A DNA stretch of 59,131 bases from a virus (lineage: Duplodnaviria > Caudoviricetes). A program made the position numbers and the translations under genes. The stretch lies in IMG/VR virus record IMGVR_UViG_3300044824_000068, positions 1-59,131 of that record; one strand, 5' to 3'. Every line of letters begins with the position of its first letter. The first letter of the stretch is position 1. Below the pieces are notes generated by a model, which was not told the DNA's origin, did no database searches, and saw nothing but the letters and a program-made list of their open reading frames with translations. Positions 1 through 8,411 of the stretch are shown piece by piece.

Positions 1-2
1 GC

Positions 3-623
3 GGCTCATCCGGTGGTTATTTAGTTGCGCAGATCAATAATCCCTCCGCAACTTACCCCTACCTGATCGGCGCTGGAGGTACGGGAGCGAGCGGTGCGGG
101 AGCCGGTGGCTCCGGCGTCATCATCGTCAGAGAATTTTACGGCAGCGGTGGTGGTGGTGGTATTGGTGCAGTTACACCGTTCTCTGCGTTAGTAACTTCA
201 CCAAGTGTTCATCCAATTGGTGCTATCATGAGTGCATATCTCACTGAGGCACAATTTCAATACCAAATGGGTCCTGGATGGATTCTTCAGGATGGCAGAA
301 GTGTAGCGGGATCTTCGTATGCAACTCTGACTGGTAATACTACCGTTCCAGATGCTCGTGGCATGTTCATTAGAGGTTCCGGAACGAACGCAGCACAGAC
401 ATTGCAGAACGGCGGATTTCCTGTCGGTGCAGCACTGGGAGCGTACCAGCAAGATGAGTTTGCAAGTCACGATCACACCATACCATTTGCCCCTATTTCT
501 AATACAGTACCTTCAGGTTCTGGTGGAACGGGTATTAGCGGGACCACAGTAACGGGATTTACTGGTGGTGCTGAAACTCGTCCAGTTAGCGTAAGTGCTA
601 ACCACTTCATCAAGATTAACTAA
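3..623 (+). CDS. Tail fibre protein, C-terminal part (Gly-rich region plus tail-collar-like domain); 5' truncated by window
   Basis: Frame is open from position 3 to TAA at 623. Motifs PIGAIM, VPDARGMFIRG, QQDEFASHDH and ETRPVSV...FIK are typical of phage tail collar domains. Confidence 0.8.
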   Translation, partial: GSSGGYLVAQINNPSATYPYLIGAGGTGASGAGAGGSGVIIVREFYGSGGGGGIGAVTPFSALVTSPSVHPIGAIMSAYLTEAQFQYQMGPGWILQDGRSVAGSSYATLTGNTTVPDARGMFIRGSGTNAAQTLQNGGFPVGAALGAYQQDEFASHDHTIPFAPISNTVPSGSGGTGISGTTVTGFTGGAETRPVSVSANHFIKIN

Positions 624-993
624 AGAGTAGGTTGGTAACATCCACAAACAACTCAGGATCGCAATTGTTTGCTACTTGGTAGTCTTTTGACCACTTGATG
701 AGTATTCCATTCACGTGCACTGTTCCATTGCTTTCAAGCCATTGAACAGTTGTCGTCGAACCAGAATCTATAGTCTTGACTTGTGATTCTAGGGACTTAA
801 CATAGATAGGCACCAGGGAAACCAGCAAACTAGTGTTAGCTGTGTTGACCACCATATCCTCCAAGTCATTTATCATCTTCATGACGAATGCTTCGATGTT
901 TTTATGTCTCTCGGCTATCTCTTTTTTCAAGGCTTCTCTACGCCTTGTCTTAGTATCGATAGCAGCCAGTAATTTCTTTTTGATGTCTGACAT
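616..993 (-). CDS. Hypothetical protein
   Basis: 125-aa ORF translationally coupled within the minus-strand operon. Confidence 0.65.
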   Translation of the reverse strand: MSDIKKKLLAAIDTKTRRREALKKEIAERHKNIEAFVMKMINDLEDMVVNTANTSLLVSLVPIYVKSLESQVKTIDSGSTTTVQWLESNGTVHVNGILIKWSKDYQVANNCDPELFVDVTNLLFS

Positions 994-1274
994 TAGCTGC
1001 CAATTCTATGGATGGTGATCGCGGTATTTATGTCTACTGGAATTATGTCTCCAGCATTCATGTGTTGCAAACTAGCCTGCATATGATAACCAACATGTTG
1101 CTGTACCATGTAAACACCGGATACCGGTACAGTATACGTGGCCAGCATGACATTAAGTTGTTTACACATGCCCAACTTTTTCAATAGAGTGAATAGTTTA
1201 GTTCGATTGCCTTGAGTGTGGAATGCATTGTGAGTATCAAGGCCATCTGTGCTGAACGCGACAGTTTCATCCAT
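993..1274 (-). CDS. Hypothetical protein
   Basis: 93-aa ORF overlapping the primase stop. Confidence 0.55.
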   Translation of the reverse strand: MDETVAFSTDGLDTHNAFHTQGNRTKLFTLLKKLGMCKQLNVMLATYTVPVSGVYMVQQHVGYHMQASLQHMNAGDIIPVDINTAITIHRIGS

Positions 1275-2142
1275 CTATAGGTTTTACCATAGAGAAAAAG
1301 AAACTCAAGAATGCTTCGCGACCAAGTTCTTTGGCTTTGTCGTTCCAATCCTCTGTGGATCCAGTTAGAGCGTAGTGTGTCGCTGCGCCAGATTCTTTAA
1401 ACTTCTTGAGCATCTTCATGCCTGCGTCGTCCGTATCAGGAGCAATGACTACTTTGAATCCCTGTTCTTTGAGTTTCTTAAGTTCTTCCTGATGATGCTT
1501 CGTAGCGCCAGCCCCGTTGCAAGAAATAGCCCTCCAGGGATTATTGCTAATCCCACCGTAAGCCATGTTGAGCGCCTGGTTAATAGAGATCGCGTTAAAT
1601 GCGCCCTCGCAGACAATGACGCTCTGAACATTCCCAATAAATCGCGATTGATTCCACCCATAAAACAACAAACCTAATCTGGTTCCTGGAAGTGTGTCCA
1701 TCTTTTGGACTTCACCGTCAGAGTGAATTCGTGGCTCTATAAACCTTGTCTGTGCACCACAAAAATGATTTTCAAAATAGTACGGGAAAACTATCCCGTT
1801 CCTTTCTATATCATAATACATATCTCCCTCAGGAGTGAGCCCTCTGCTGCGAATATATTCGACGCCTGGTTCAGCGCGCGTGTCTGACAGGGGAATGTAT
1901 CGTGCGGGCCATTCCATGACCTGAAGTTCGTCCGGTGGAGCTTCCTTAAAATCAAAGTCTCCTTTAAGAAATTCTGGAAGGTCGATGCCGGCATGGTAGC
2001 AGTACGACCTGATGGAGTATCCACGTTGGCACTTACCGACGCAGTAGACCCATACAGCCCCATCTTCGGGGTCTATATGCCAATGTAAACAGTTATTCTT
2101 CTTGCCATCTTTACAGATGAGGCACTTCTTAGTGTTTACCAT
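1267..2142 (-). CDS. DNA primase (Zn-binding domain plus TOPRIM)
   Basis: N-terminal CxxC...CxxxC; TOPRIM motifs VIVCEGAFNA and APDTDDAG; adjacent to helicase. Confidence 0.85.
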   Translation of the reverse strand: MVNTKKCLICKDGKKNNCLHWHIDPEDGAVWVYCVGKCQRGYSIRSYCYHAGIDLPEFLKGDFDFKEAPPDELQVMEWPARYIPLSDTRAEPGVEYIRSRGLTPEGDMYYDIERNGIVFPYYFENHFCGAQTRFIEPRIHSDGEVQKMDTLPGTRLGLLFYGWNQSRFIGNVQSVIVCEGAFNAISINQALNMAYGGISNNPWRAISCNGAGATKHHQEELKKLKEQGFKVVIAPDTDDAGMKMLKKFKESGAATHYALTGSTEDWNDKAKELGREAFLSFFFSMVKPIDG

Positions 2143-3184
2143 CTTTAGGTTTTCCTAGATTCTGTCCGATCTCGTAATCAGCACCGGCTGACAGTGTATT
2201 AGCTAAAGCAGGTGAGGAGGCTACGAGCTTGTCCAGCTTCCTTTCAGCCTGTTCACGTAGGTTGACCTGTTTGAGATATCGGCCTTTCTCAAACGGGCAA
2301 ACAATCCTATGGCCCTGGGCAACGCCGAAGCGATCCTTATGAATGACAAAGTCACTGGTTGATTCTTCGAAGTTGGGAACAACTTCTATGATGACAGAGG
2401 CCGGCTCAACGATAGCACTACACTCCTTGATGCGCATATCTATGTCTTTAGATGGACGTTTGCCTTGAGAATACAGCTGTACAAATAGGACAACTGGGAT
2501 TTCACAACTCTTGATAAACTGACCCAGCCAGATGCGAAGGTCGTTCAGGACGTCATATCTAGTGCGATCCCTATCGTTGATGGAATCCTTGATAAGTTGG
2601 TAATAGTCGATGAGGATGCAAGAGTAACCTTGACCCTTCATGTTTTCCATAAGTTTCTTAACGCCCTCAATCTTGGTCGTAATACCTTCCTTGTAAACGA
2701 CGTCGATAACTTTGACGTATTCTGTGATCTCTTTGAACAGCTTCATGCACTCGAGAAGCTGATCCTTAGGCATGTAGCCCTTCTTATAGTCGTTGAAGTT
2801 ATAACCCTTCTCCAAACATGCGATACGAAATATGACGTCTGCCTCTGTCTCCTCGTTGGAGATAACTAGAACCTTCTTTTGTTGTTTCCAAAGCGGGTAG
2901 GAGATATTAGCTGCTACCGTGGACTTACCAGAACCGGTATATGCGCAGAATAGATACAGATTTTCACGTGTGAAGGGGATAGCGGCAGTGAGCGAATCGT
3001 TAATGAGCGTTAAGCGCTCAGCCAACATCTTGTTGTAGTTGGCGATGTTGTTGAACATCTTACGTAGCGAGTCATTGCTACCGAACGAGTTGATATCCTC
3101 AAACGATATGTCAACTTCCTTTGTAGTCGCTACCCCAGCCTTCTTGAGCTGAGCATCTATCTGATCTTTACTTAGATTCGCCAC
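2129..3184 (-). CDS. DnaB-like (SF4) replicative helicase
   Basis: Walker A AYTGSGKS, ISNEE, ILIDYYQLI, LFVQL, HKDRFG. GTG start at 3184 follows GGAGG. Confidence 0.8.
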   Translation of the reverse strand: MANLSKDQIDAQLKKAGVATTKEVDISFEDINSFGSNDSLRKMFNNIANYNKMLAERLTLINDSLTAAIPFTRENLYLFCAYTGSGKSTVAANISYPLWKQQKKVLVISNEETEADVIFRIACLEKGYNFNDYKKGYMPKDQLLECMKLFKEITEYVKVIDVVYKEGITTKIEGVKKLMENMKGQGYSCILIDYYQLIKDSINDRDRTRYDVLNDLRIWLGQFIKSCEIPVVLFVQLYSQGKRPSKDIDMRIKECSAIVEPASVIIEVVPNFEESTSDFVIHKDRFGVAQGHRIVCPFEKGRYLKQVNLREQAERKLDKLVASSPALANTLSAGADYEIGQNLGKPKDGKH

Positions 3185-3689
3185 TGTTGTCCTCCCCCAA
3201 AATGTCTTTCTCCGGATCAAAAATACATGACTGCAATCTTTTTTCTAACTCTTCCGTGTCTAGAATTGGATATGAATCTGCATTCCTTCGTTGCAGTTTA
3301 TACTCCTTCGCAGACATGGAACCGTAAACTTTTGGTTCATTGTCGTCATCTTTATCTTCCGGCAGAGGATAAACATGGTAGAAGCTGTTGGTAGCACGGT
3401 CGGTAATGTCTTGGTGCCAACCGTCGATAAACTCTTTCTCTGTCTTGTCTGCGTGTGCAGGTGCGTTCTTAAGAAGCTTCCACTGCGTTTTTGCTAGGCC
3501 AGGGGAAGGAAGATGAACCTTGACTGCCTGCTGTAAATAGGAATGTGCTTCCTCGAAGGTCGCACCAGCAGAATTGAAAGCGTCGAACAGCTCGTCGAAA
3601 TTTGAGCTAACAAACTCTCGAGACCTGTCCTTCTCACGGAGAGAAGCCCTCCATTTCTCAAATATGAGATCCAGGTTAGGTGTTGGCAT
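3168..3689 (-). CDS. Hypothetical protein
   Basis: 173-aa ORF coupled to its neighbours. Confidence 0.65.
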   Translation of the reverse strand: MPTPNLDLIFEKWRASLREKDRSREFVSSNFDELFDAFNSAGATFEEAHSYLQQAVKVHLPSPGLAKTQWKLLKNAPAHADKTEKEFIDGWHQDITDRATNSFYHVYPLPEDKDDDNEPKVYGSMSAKEYKLQRRNADSYPILDTEELEKRLQSCIFDPEKDILGEDNSGESK

Positions 3690-3882
3690 TCTCTGCCTCT
3701 TGCGTTATAACCTGACCAGTCTTTAAGTTGGTAATCTGGATCTTCGCTGAGTTATTGATCTTGTCCAGAAACAAGAGTTCAATCTTGTACTCATTATTCA
3801 CTATAAAGGGACGATTAGTTGAAAGCCACCAGTAGAGTGAAGTTTTAAGCTTTCCAGCGTATTGAGAAAAATTATCATTCAT
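3676..3882 (-). CDS. Small hypothetical protein
   Basis: ATG at 3882 after a GAGG SD; 68 aa. Confidence 0.6.
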   Translation of the reverse strand: MNDNFSQYAGKLKTSLYWWLSTNRPFIVNNEYKIELLFLDKINNSAKIQITNLKTGQVITQEAENANT

Positions 3883-3895
3883 AAAATACCTCTCG

Positions 3896-4453
3896 TTATT
3901 TATACGAAATCTTATTTTTAAGGTATTCTGCCGTCTTAATGACGTGCTCCTCCGTCCACAAAGGTTGAATATTTGTGTAATGAACCGCCTTAATAATGTC
4001 TTCTCTTTTAGACAAATCAAAGTTATTTAACTCAATAACATGATCAAGTTGCCATTGTCCATAGTTGTTCCATGTCATTAACTCTTGCGTGAGTGGATTA
4101 GGATGAAACTTGGACTCTAAATAGAGAATAAAATCCTCTATAGAACAACCTAAATCCTTAACGGCAGAACCGCTTTTTAGTTTGTGTTTAACAGCGGCAT
4201 ATAATCTAGCTCGCAAGGTCTTTTTCAACCTAAATTGAAGATCGTTCTTGAATTTGTCTCTATAATAAGCCGTTAGTTTGTGTTTATTATCTCGGTTCCA
4301 AATTCTTCTTTGTTTCGCTCTTTTCTTTTTGTGAGAGGCGTAATATTTAGCTCCACGTTTCTTTTCTTTTAGTTTGTTATCCTGATACCACTTCTTGTAG
4401 TAACAAGTTTTACACATATCTTTGGCATATAAGGGTTGATGATTACATTCCAT
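3896..4453 (-). CDS. HNH-type endonuclease (putative homing)
   Basis: MTWNNYGQWQLDHV...HYTNIQPLW motif; Lys/Arg-rich N-terminus; AT-rich; own -10 box 7 nt upstream. Confidence 0.75.
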   Translation of the reverse strand: MECNHQPLYAKDMCKTCYYKKWYQDNKLKEKKRGAKYYASHKKKRAKQRRIWNRDNKHKLTAYYRDKFKNDLQFRLKKTLRARLYAAVKHKLKSGSAVKDLGCSIEDFILYLESKFHPNPLTQELMTWNNYGQWQLDHVIELNNFDLSKREDIIKAVHYTNIQPLWTEEHVIKTAEYLKNKISYK

Positions 4454-4474
4454 ATTGGGGATTATACTGTATTA

Positions 4475-4873
4475 TTAGGTTAAACCACCAGTAAACTCGT
4501 TTACATCTTTGTCCTTCTTGCGGCTGTTACATGTGTAACACGCTACAACTAGGTTCGAGGAGTGAAATCTCTCGCCACCTTTAGACAAGGGTTTAACGTG
4601 ATCTAACGTTGCTAGATCTTTGTCCACATCGCTCTGTGATTTAAGTGGACCACAACCACAATAGAAGCACATGAGCGTCTTATGCTTCTTAAGGTGTTGA
4701 CGCAGGAACCATTTACGGTACCTTAACCAAGTTTTGTAGCTTATTGGGCGGGGAGCAAGTTTCTTCGTGAGAAGAACAAGCGCTGCCAGACTCTGGGGAT
4801 GGGGTTCATGCACCAAAACGTTGTGCTTGTCGTATCTCATAAAATAAAACCGGTGAGGCTGTCCTAAGAGCAT
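4475..4873 (-). CDS. HNH endonuclease
   Basis: CFYC...ATLDHVKPLSKGG...NLVVACYTCNSRK; start may be the ATG at about 4840. Confidence 0.85.
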   Translation of the reverse strand: MLLGQPHRFYFMRYDKHNVLVHEPHPQSLAALVLLTKKLAPRPISYKTWLRYRKWFLRQHLKKHKTLMCFYCGCGPLKSQSDVDKDLATLDHVKPLSKGGERFHSSNLVVACYTCNSRKKDKDVNEFTGGLT

Positions 4874-4966
4874 CCTACCTCTTGCGAGGCTGTGGGTTTT
4901 TCGAGGTCACTCGTTTGATCAGCGGTACTATAGCCCTTTGTTCCCTTTTCTCACCGATGGGGAGTC

Positions 4967-5102
4967 AGTCAGTCTGGGCTTGATTCCAGATCCACGGGCT
5001 CACACCAGTCATACGTGTTATCCCGCCACTCCTGAGTTTCTGAGGACTGGTATCCGGGCTTTCGCCCACCTCAGTGCGTGTCCATCCACGCCGCTGCTGA
5101 CC
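4967..5102 (-). ncRNA. tRNA-like structured RNA with expanded central arms
   Basis: Closing stem GGTCAG/CTGACT; D-like arm GCGTG-GATGGA-CACGC; arm CTGAGG..GGGC-GAAA-GCCC..CCTCAG; arm GCGGG..CCCGT; T-like arm TCTGG-AATCAAGC-CCAGA. TGGTATAAT lies just upstream (5116-5108). Confidence 0.6.
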
Positions 5103-5107
5103 TGTTG

Positions 5108-5127
5108 ATTATACCAGATAGTAGAAT
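5108..5127. promoter_or_regulatory. Back-to-back -10 elements (TGGTATAAT on minus, TAGAAT on plus)
   Basis: Minus-strand TATAAT at 5113-5108; plus-strand TAGAAT at 5122-5127, 6 nt before ATG 5134. Confidence 0.55.
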
Positions 5128-5133
5128 ACACTA

Positions 5134-6528
5134 ATGCTGAGCCATATAGCGATTTACAACGACCGCCTCATCATTACGGATCCCTCGAAGGAGATGCGCA
5201 ACTTTATCCAGAGTGAACTGACATACACAGATAAGTCAAAACAGTATCAACTCAGACGCATGGGTAAGAATATCTGGCAGAGAAACTCACCAGCGTATAA
5301 GCAACTTCAGAGTGAAATCAAGGGAGCACTATACGAGGAGATCGCGCCGGACAAGATTGCTGTCTCGTCCTGTTTTGTTGAACTACTCAAAGACAAATTT
5401 AACACTATAGTTCCTCTGGATCTTAGAGGTGATACTGGTAAGAAGATTGCTCTTCCATGGGTGAAGAAACCTTATGACCTTAGAGACTATCAGGAAGAAG
5501 CTGTTGACCTAATGCTCTACCATCCTAGGGGACTTATTAACTTAGCAACAGGGTTAGGCAAGACCCTTCTTGCAACGCACTTTATCCAGAGATACAAGCG
5601 CCGTGCATTGATTGTGTGTCCCAGCGAATCTGTTGCTAAGCAGTTTTATGAGCAGTTTGTTGAATGCTTCGGAAAGAACAAGGTAGGTTTTTACGGTGGA
5701 GGAAAGAAGCGGATTAGTGACATTACAGTTGGTATCGCTGCTTCTATCACTAAAAATATTGCCGAATTCCAGGCCGCAGACCTCGGCGTGGTTATTTTTG
5801 ACGAGACGCACCACACCCCAGCGACTACGTTCTTTGACGTCAGTCAAGGCCTTTCTAAGACTGGAAAGGTCTTTGGACTTACAGCGACAGATTACCGCTC
5901 CGACGGTAAAGACATAATGATAACTGCAGGATGTGGACCTGTTCTCATCCGCCGTGATACAAAGTGGGGAGTCGAGAACGGATGGCTTGCTGAACCATAC
6001 TTTTTCGTCAGACAGGTTTATACGACAGGTAAAGATTACAAAGACGATAAAATCAAATCTTATAAAGAACATGTTCTCAACAGTGAGCTGATGAAGGCTC
6101 AAATACGCGATGATGCCATGAAGATGATGTCGGCAGGAAAGTCTGTCCTTATCTTAGTAGATGAGGTCGCGCACGGTAAGGAGCTCAGTGAAGAGCTCCA
6201 AATCCCCTTTGCTACGGGTATAGACTCGAAGAGTCAAGAGTATGTCAACCAATTGAACGCTGGCACAGTAAGAGGCCTTGTAGGTACTGACGGTAAGATA
6301 GGCGAGGGTTCAGATACCCAGAACGTAGATGTTTTGATCCTGGCAAATTTCGTTGCAAGTAAAGGACCTGTCACGCAAGCTGTTGGTAGAGGTTTGCGTA
6401 AACAAGGAGCGAAGACCAAATGCATCATATTAGATTACATTCCTATGGGTTCCACAATGCTGAGCCGTCACGGCTTTAACAGGGTTGAATTCTATAAAGA
6501 GATAACGGACAAGGTGAAAGTGATATGA
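5134..6528 (+). CDS. Superfamily 2 DNA helicase (UvsW/ResIII-like)
   Basis: LRDYQEEA, ATGLGKT, DETH, GLTAT, QAVGRGLR. Confidence 0.9.
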   Translation: MLSHIAIYNDRLIITDPSKEMRNFIQSELTYTDKSKQYQLRRMGKNIWQRNSPAYKQLQSEIKGALYEEIAPDKIAVSSCFVELLKDKFNTIVPLDLRGDTGKKIALPWVKKPYDLRDYQEEAVDLMLYHPRGLINLATGLGKTLLATHFIQRYKRRALIVCPSESVAKQFYEQFVECFGKNKVGFYGGGKKRISDITVGIAASITKNIAEFQAADLGVVIFDETHHTPATTFFDVSQGLSKTGKVFGLTATDYRSDGKDIMITAGCGPVLIRRDTKWGVENGWLAEPYFFVRQVYTTGKDYKDDKIKSYKEHVLNSELMKAQIRDDAMKMMSAGKSVLILVDEVAHGKELSEELQIPFATGIDSKSQEYVNQLNAGTVRGLVGTDGKIGEGSDTQNVDVLILANFVASKGPVTQAVGRGLRKQGAKTKCIILDYIPMGSTMLSRHGFNRVEFYKEITDKVKVI

Positions 6529-6773
6529 ACTTCAAAAAACCTAAAGATGAAGTGGTGAATGACATTTACTATAGGGTGGAAAGTGCCCTTAGATATACCT
6601 TGGAATCACAGTCTGCTTATAGGTATCCTGGATATGGTCGTAGTCCCAGAGATCACGATGAGGCCATGGTTCGAGCTATAACTGTAGCAATAACAGAGGC
6701 CATGCGAACTCTCGTTGACAATGTATACACGGATGCAGAGTTTGAAGAAGACTTAGGACTGACTAAGAAGTGA
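6525..6773 (+). CDS. Hypothetical protein
   Basis: 82-aa ORF with ATGA overlap. Confidence 0.6.
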   Translation: MNFKKPKDEVVNDIYYRVESALRYTLESQSAYRYPGYGRSPRDHDEAMVRAITVAITEAMRTLVDNVYTDAEFEEDLGLTKK

Positions 6774-6801
6774 TTAACTTCAAACCCGTTACAATAGGGT
6801 T

Positions 6802-7263
6802 ATGCAACTTAGTTCAAACGGTCTTCAATTTATTAAGTCTTTCGAGGGCTTCGACGCAAGTCCATACCTAGACGGCGCAAAGATACCAACTATCGGATAC
6901 GGCACAATCATGTATCCAGATGGCTCTAGTGTAACCATAAGTGACTCAGATATCACTGAGGATCAAGCTCTGCAATATCTACAGTTTGAAGTGAACCAGA
7001 AGACAGCCAGTGTGAATAACATGGTTACCGCATCTATCAATCAGAATCAGTTTGATGCCCTAGTTTCTTTCACATACAACGAAGGTGTGAACGCTTTACG
7101 CACCTCAACCTTATTAAGATTGCTCAACAACGGAGATGTTGCCGGGGCAGCCGATCAATTTCCAGTATGGGACAAAATAAGGGTAGACGGAGTACTGCAA
7201 GAGAGCGACGGTCTACTGAGACGCCGAAACGCTGAGCAACAACTATTTCTAACTCCCTGCTAA
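6802..7263 (+). CDS. Endolysin, GH24 phage lysozyme
   Basis: IKSFEG...PYLD...PTIGYG, NQNQFDALVSFTYNEG, GLLRRRNAEQQLF. Confidence 0.92.
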   Translation: MQLSSNGLQFIKSFEGFDASPYLDGAKIPTIGYGTIMYPDGSSVTISDSDITEDQALQYLQFEVNQKTASVNNMVTASINQNQFDALVSFTYNEGVNALRTSTLLRLLNNGDVAGAADQFPVWDKIRVDGVLQESDGLLRRRNAEQQLFLTPC

Positions 7264-7283
7264 TCGTGGTATAATAAATGCAT

Positions 7284-7367
7284 GCAGGGGTAGCTCAGTG
7301 TAGAGTACCTCGCGGGCGTAAAACACTCGCGTGGAGGTCGGTGGTTCAATTCCATCCCCCTGCACCA
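7284..7367 (+). tRNA. Atypical tRNA-like RNA with an anticodon arm extended by about 10 nt (identity undetermined)
   Basis: Acceptor GCAGGGG/CCCCTGC plus ACCA; D arm GCTC/GAGT; T arm GGTGG-TTCAATT-CCATC. 32 nt lie between the D and T arms. TGGTATAAT at 7267-7275. Confidence 0.7.
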
Positions 7368-7385
7368 CTTAAAGAAAGGATCTAT

Positions 7386-7412
7386 ATGTCGTAGGTTACA
7401 AAGCCACCCTAA
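7386..7412 (+). promoter_or_regulatory. Leader minigene M-S-amber-V-T-K-P-P-ochre
   Basis: AAAGGA SD at 7375-7380; ATG TCG TAG GTT ACA AAG CCA CCC TAA. Confidence 0.6.
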
Positions 7413-7461
7413 CTCGCAGTTAATGCCCATCGGATTCTCATCTGTAACATTAACTAGGAGT
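7412..7461 (+). promoter_or_regulatory. RBS-sequestering hairpin upstream of the PTH2-like gene
   Basis: ACTC-gc-AGTTAATG (7412-7425) pairs with CATTAACT-ag-GAGT (7448-7461), covering the AGGAG SD. Confidence 0.6.
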
Positions 7462-7467
7462 ATAAAC

Positions 7468-8034
7468 ATGAAAGAACAAATTAAAGCACTTAAGCTCAAC
7501 TTAAAACAAATCGCAAAAGAAATCAAGAACCAGAAAAGGGTTCGCAAGAAATCACATCCCCACCACGATAAGTACAAGGGTGACTACTATGTCCTAACTC
7601 TCAAGAGTGAGTTCAGGCATAAACACGTTGCCTACTGTCTTGCTAGAGGTCGAGACCTAGAGAGGGTAGACAGCGGCGCACGTCTTGACATGGACCGCGT
7701 AAATTGGATTCTTAGGAGTATGAACCCTGAATCCAAGGAAAAGCTGTACGTCATCGTGAACGAGAATCTGAGCCCTGCGCAGCAGGCAGTTCAGGGCGCT
7801 CACGCTGTAGCTGCCTTCCTGAGGAAGTATCCTAACACCATGTGGTCAAACGGATATCTCATCTTCCTGAAGGAGCTTCCACGAGGGGACGGCAATATGG
7901 CAGGATACGGGTATGTACGCCTGAACAGCGAGTACGCTGATTTTGCTGAACCAGATCTTGGGAACAAGATTACGGCCTACGCCTGTTTCGGTCCTCACGT
8001 AGAGCAGGCCCTCAAAAGCTACCGATTGGTATAA
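7468..8034 (+). CDS. Peptidyl-tRNA hydrolase 2 (PTH2)-like domain fused to a basic N-terminal helical domain
   Basis: KLYVIVNENLSPAQQAVQGAHA...LIFLK...FAEPDLGNKITA resembles the PTH2 fold; AGGAG SD. Confidence 0.75.
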   Translation: MKEQIKALKLNLKQIAKEIKNQKRVRKKSHPHHDKYKGDYYVLTLKSEFRHKHVAYCLARGRDLERVDSGARLDMDRVNWILRSMNPESKEKLYVIVNENLSPAQQAVQGAHAVAAFLRKYPNTMWSNGYLIFLKELPRGDGNMAGYGYVRLNSEYADFAEPDLGNKITAYACFGPHVEQALKSYRLV

Positions 8035-8039
8035 AAGAC

Positions 8040-8198
8040 ATGTGCGGCATCTCGGATAGACGAGAAAACCGTTGGGAATGGTTCGAATAAAGGCGCTGAA
8101 CAACTCGAGGCTATACTAGTTGAGCCTACAACAATATCGAGTAAGGCGGAGACAAAACTCCAGAACCAGTGAGACTCGAAAACTCACCCGCACATCAA
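8040..8198 (+). ncRNA. Multi-hairpin structured RNA with tRNA-like ends
   Basis: ATGTGCGG/CCGCACAT closing stem; hairpins CTCG/CGAG, AACCGTT/AATGGTT, ACTCGA..AGGCT/AGCCT..TCGAGT, GGAG/CTCC, GTGAG/CTCAC; TGGTATAAA just upstream. Confidence 0.55.
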
Positions 8199-8202
8199 TT
8201 TT

Positions 8203-8340
8203 ATGAGAGTATTTTATCTTCTAATAATCCTAGGTCTAGTATGCTTCATGTCGTACGAGTTCGCGTTCTTCGCGAAACACTATGCTTTCCTAGAGAGTCA
8301 ACTAGATTACATTATGAGTCATTGCCGTGTGGTCCCATAG
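8203..8340 (+). CDS. Small membrane protein (45 aa)
   Basis: MRVFYLLIILGLVCFMSYEFAFF... has a hydrophobic N-terminus; its TAG stop lies inside the first tRNA-CUA. Confidence 0.4.
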   Translation: MRVFYLLIILGLVCFMSYEFAFFAKHYAFLESQLDYIMSHCRVVP

Positions 8341-8406
8341 CTCAGCTGGTAGAGCGTCCAACTCTAAATCGGAATGTCACGGGTTCGAACCCCGTTGGGA
8401 CCTCCA
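8331..8406 (+). tRNA. Amber suppressor tRNA (anticodon CUA) #1
   Basis: Canonical 76-nt cloverleaf GGTCCCA/TGGGACC; loop CT-CTA-AA (8364-8366); TTCGAAC; discriminator T; encoded CCA. Confidence 0.88.
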
Positions 8407-8411
8407 ATTTT

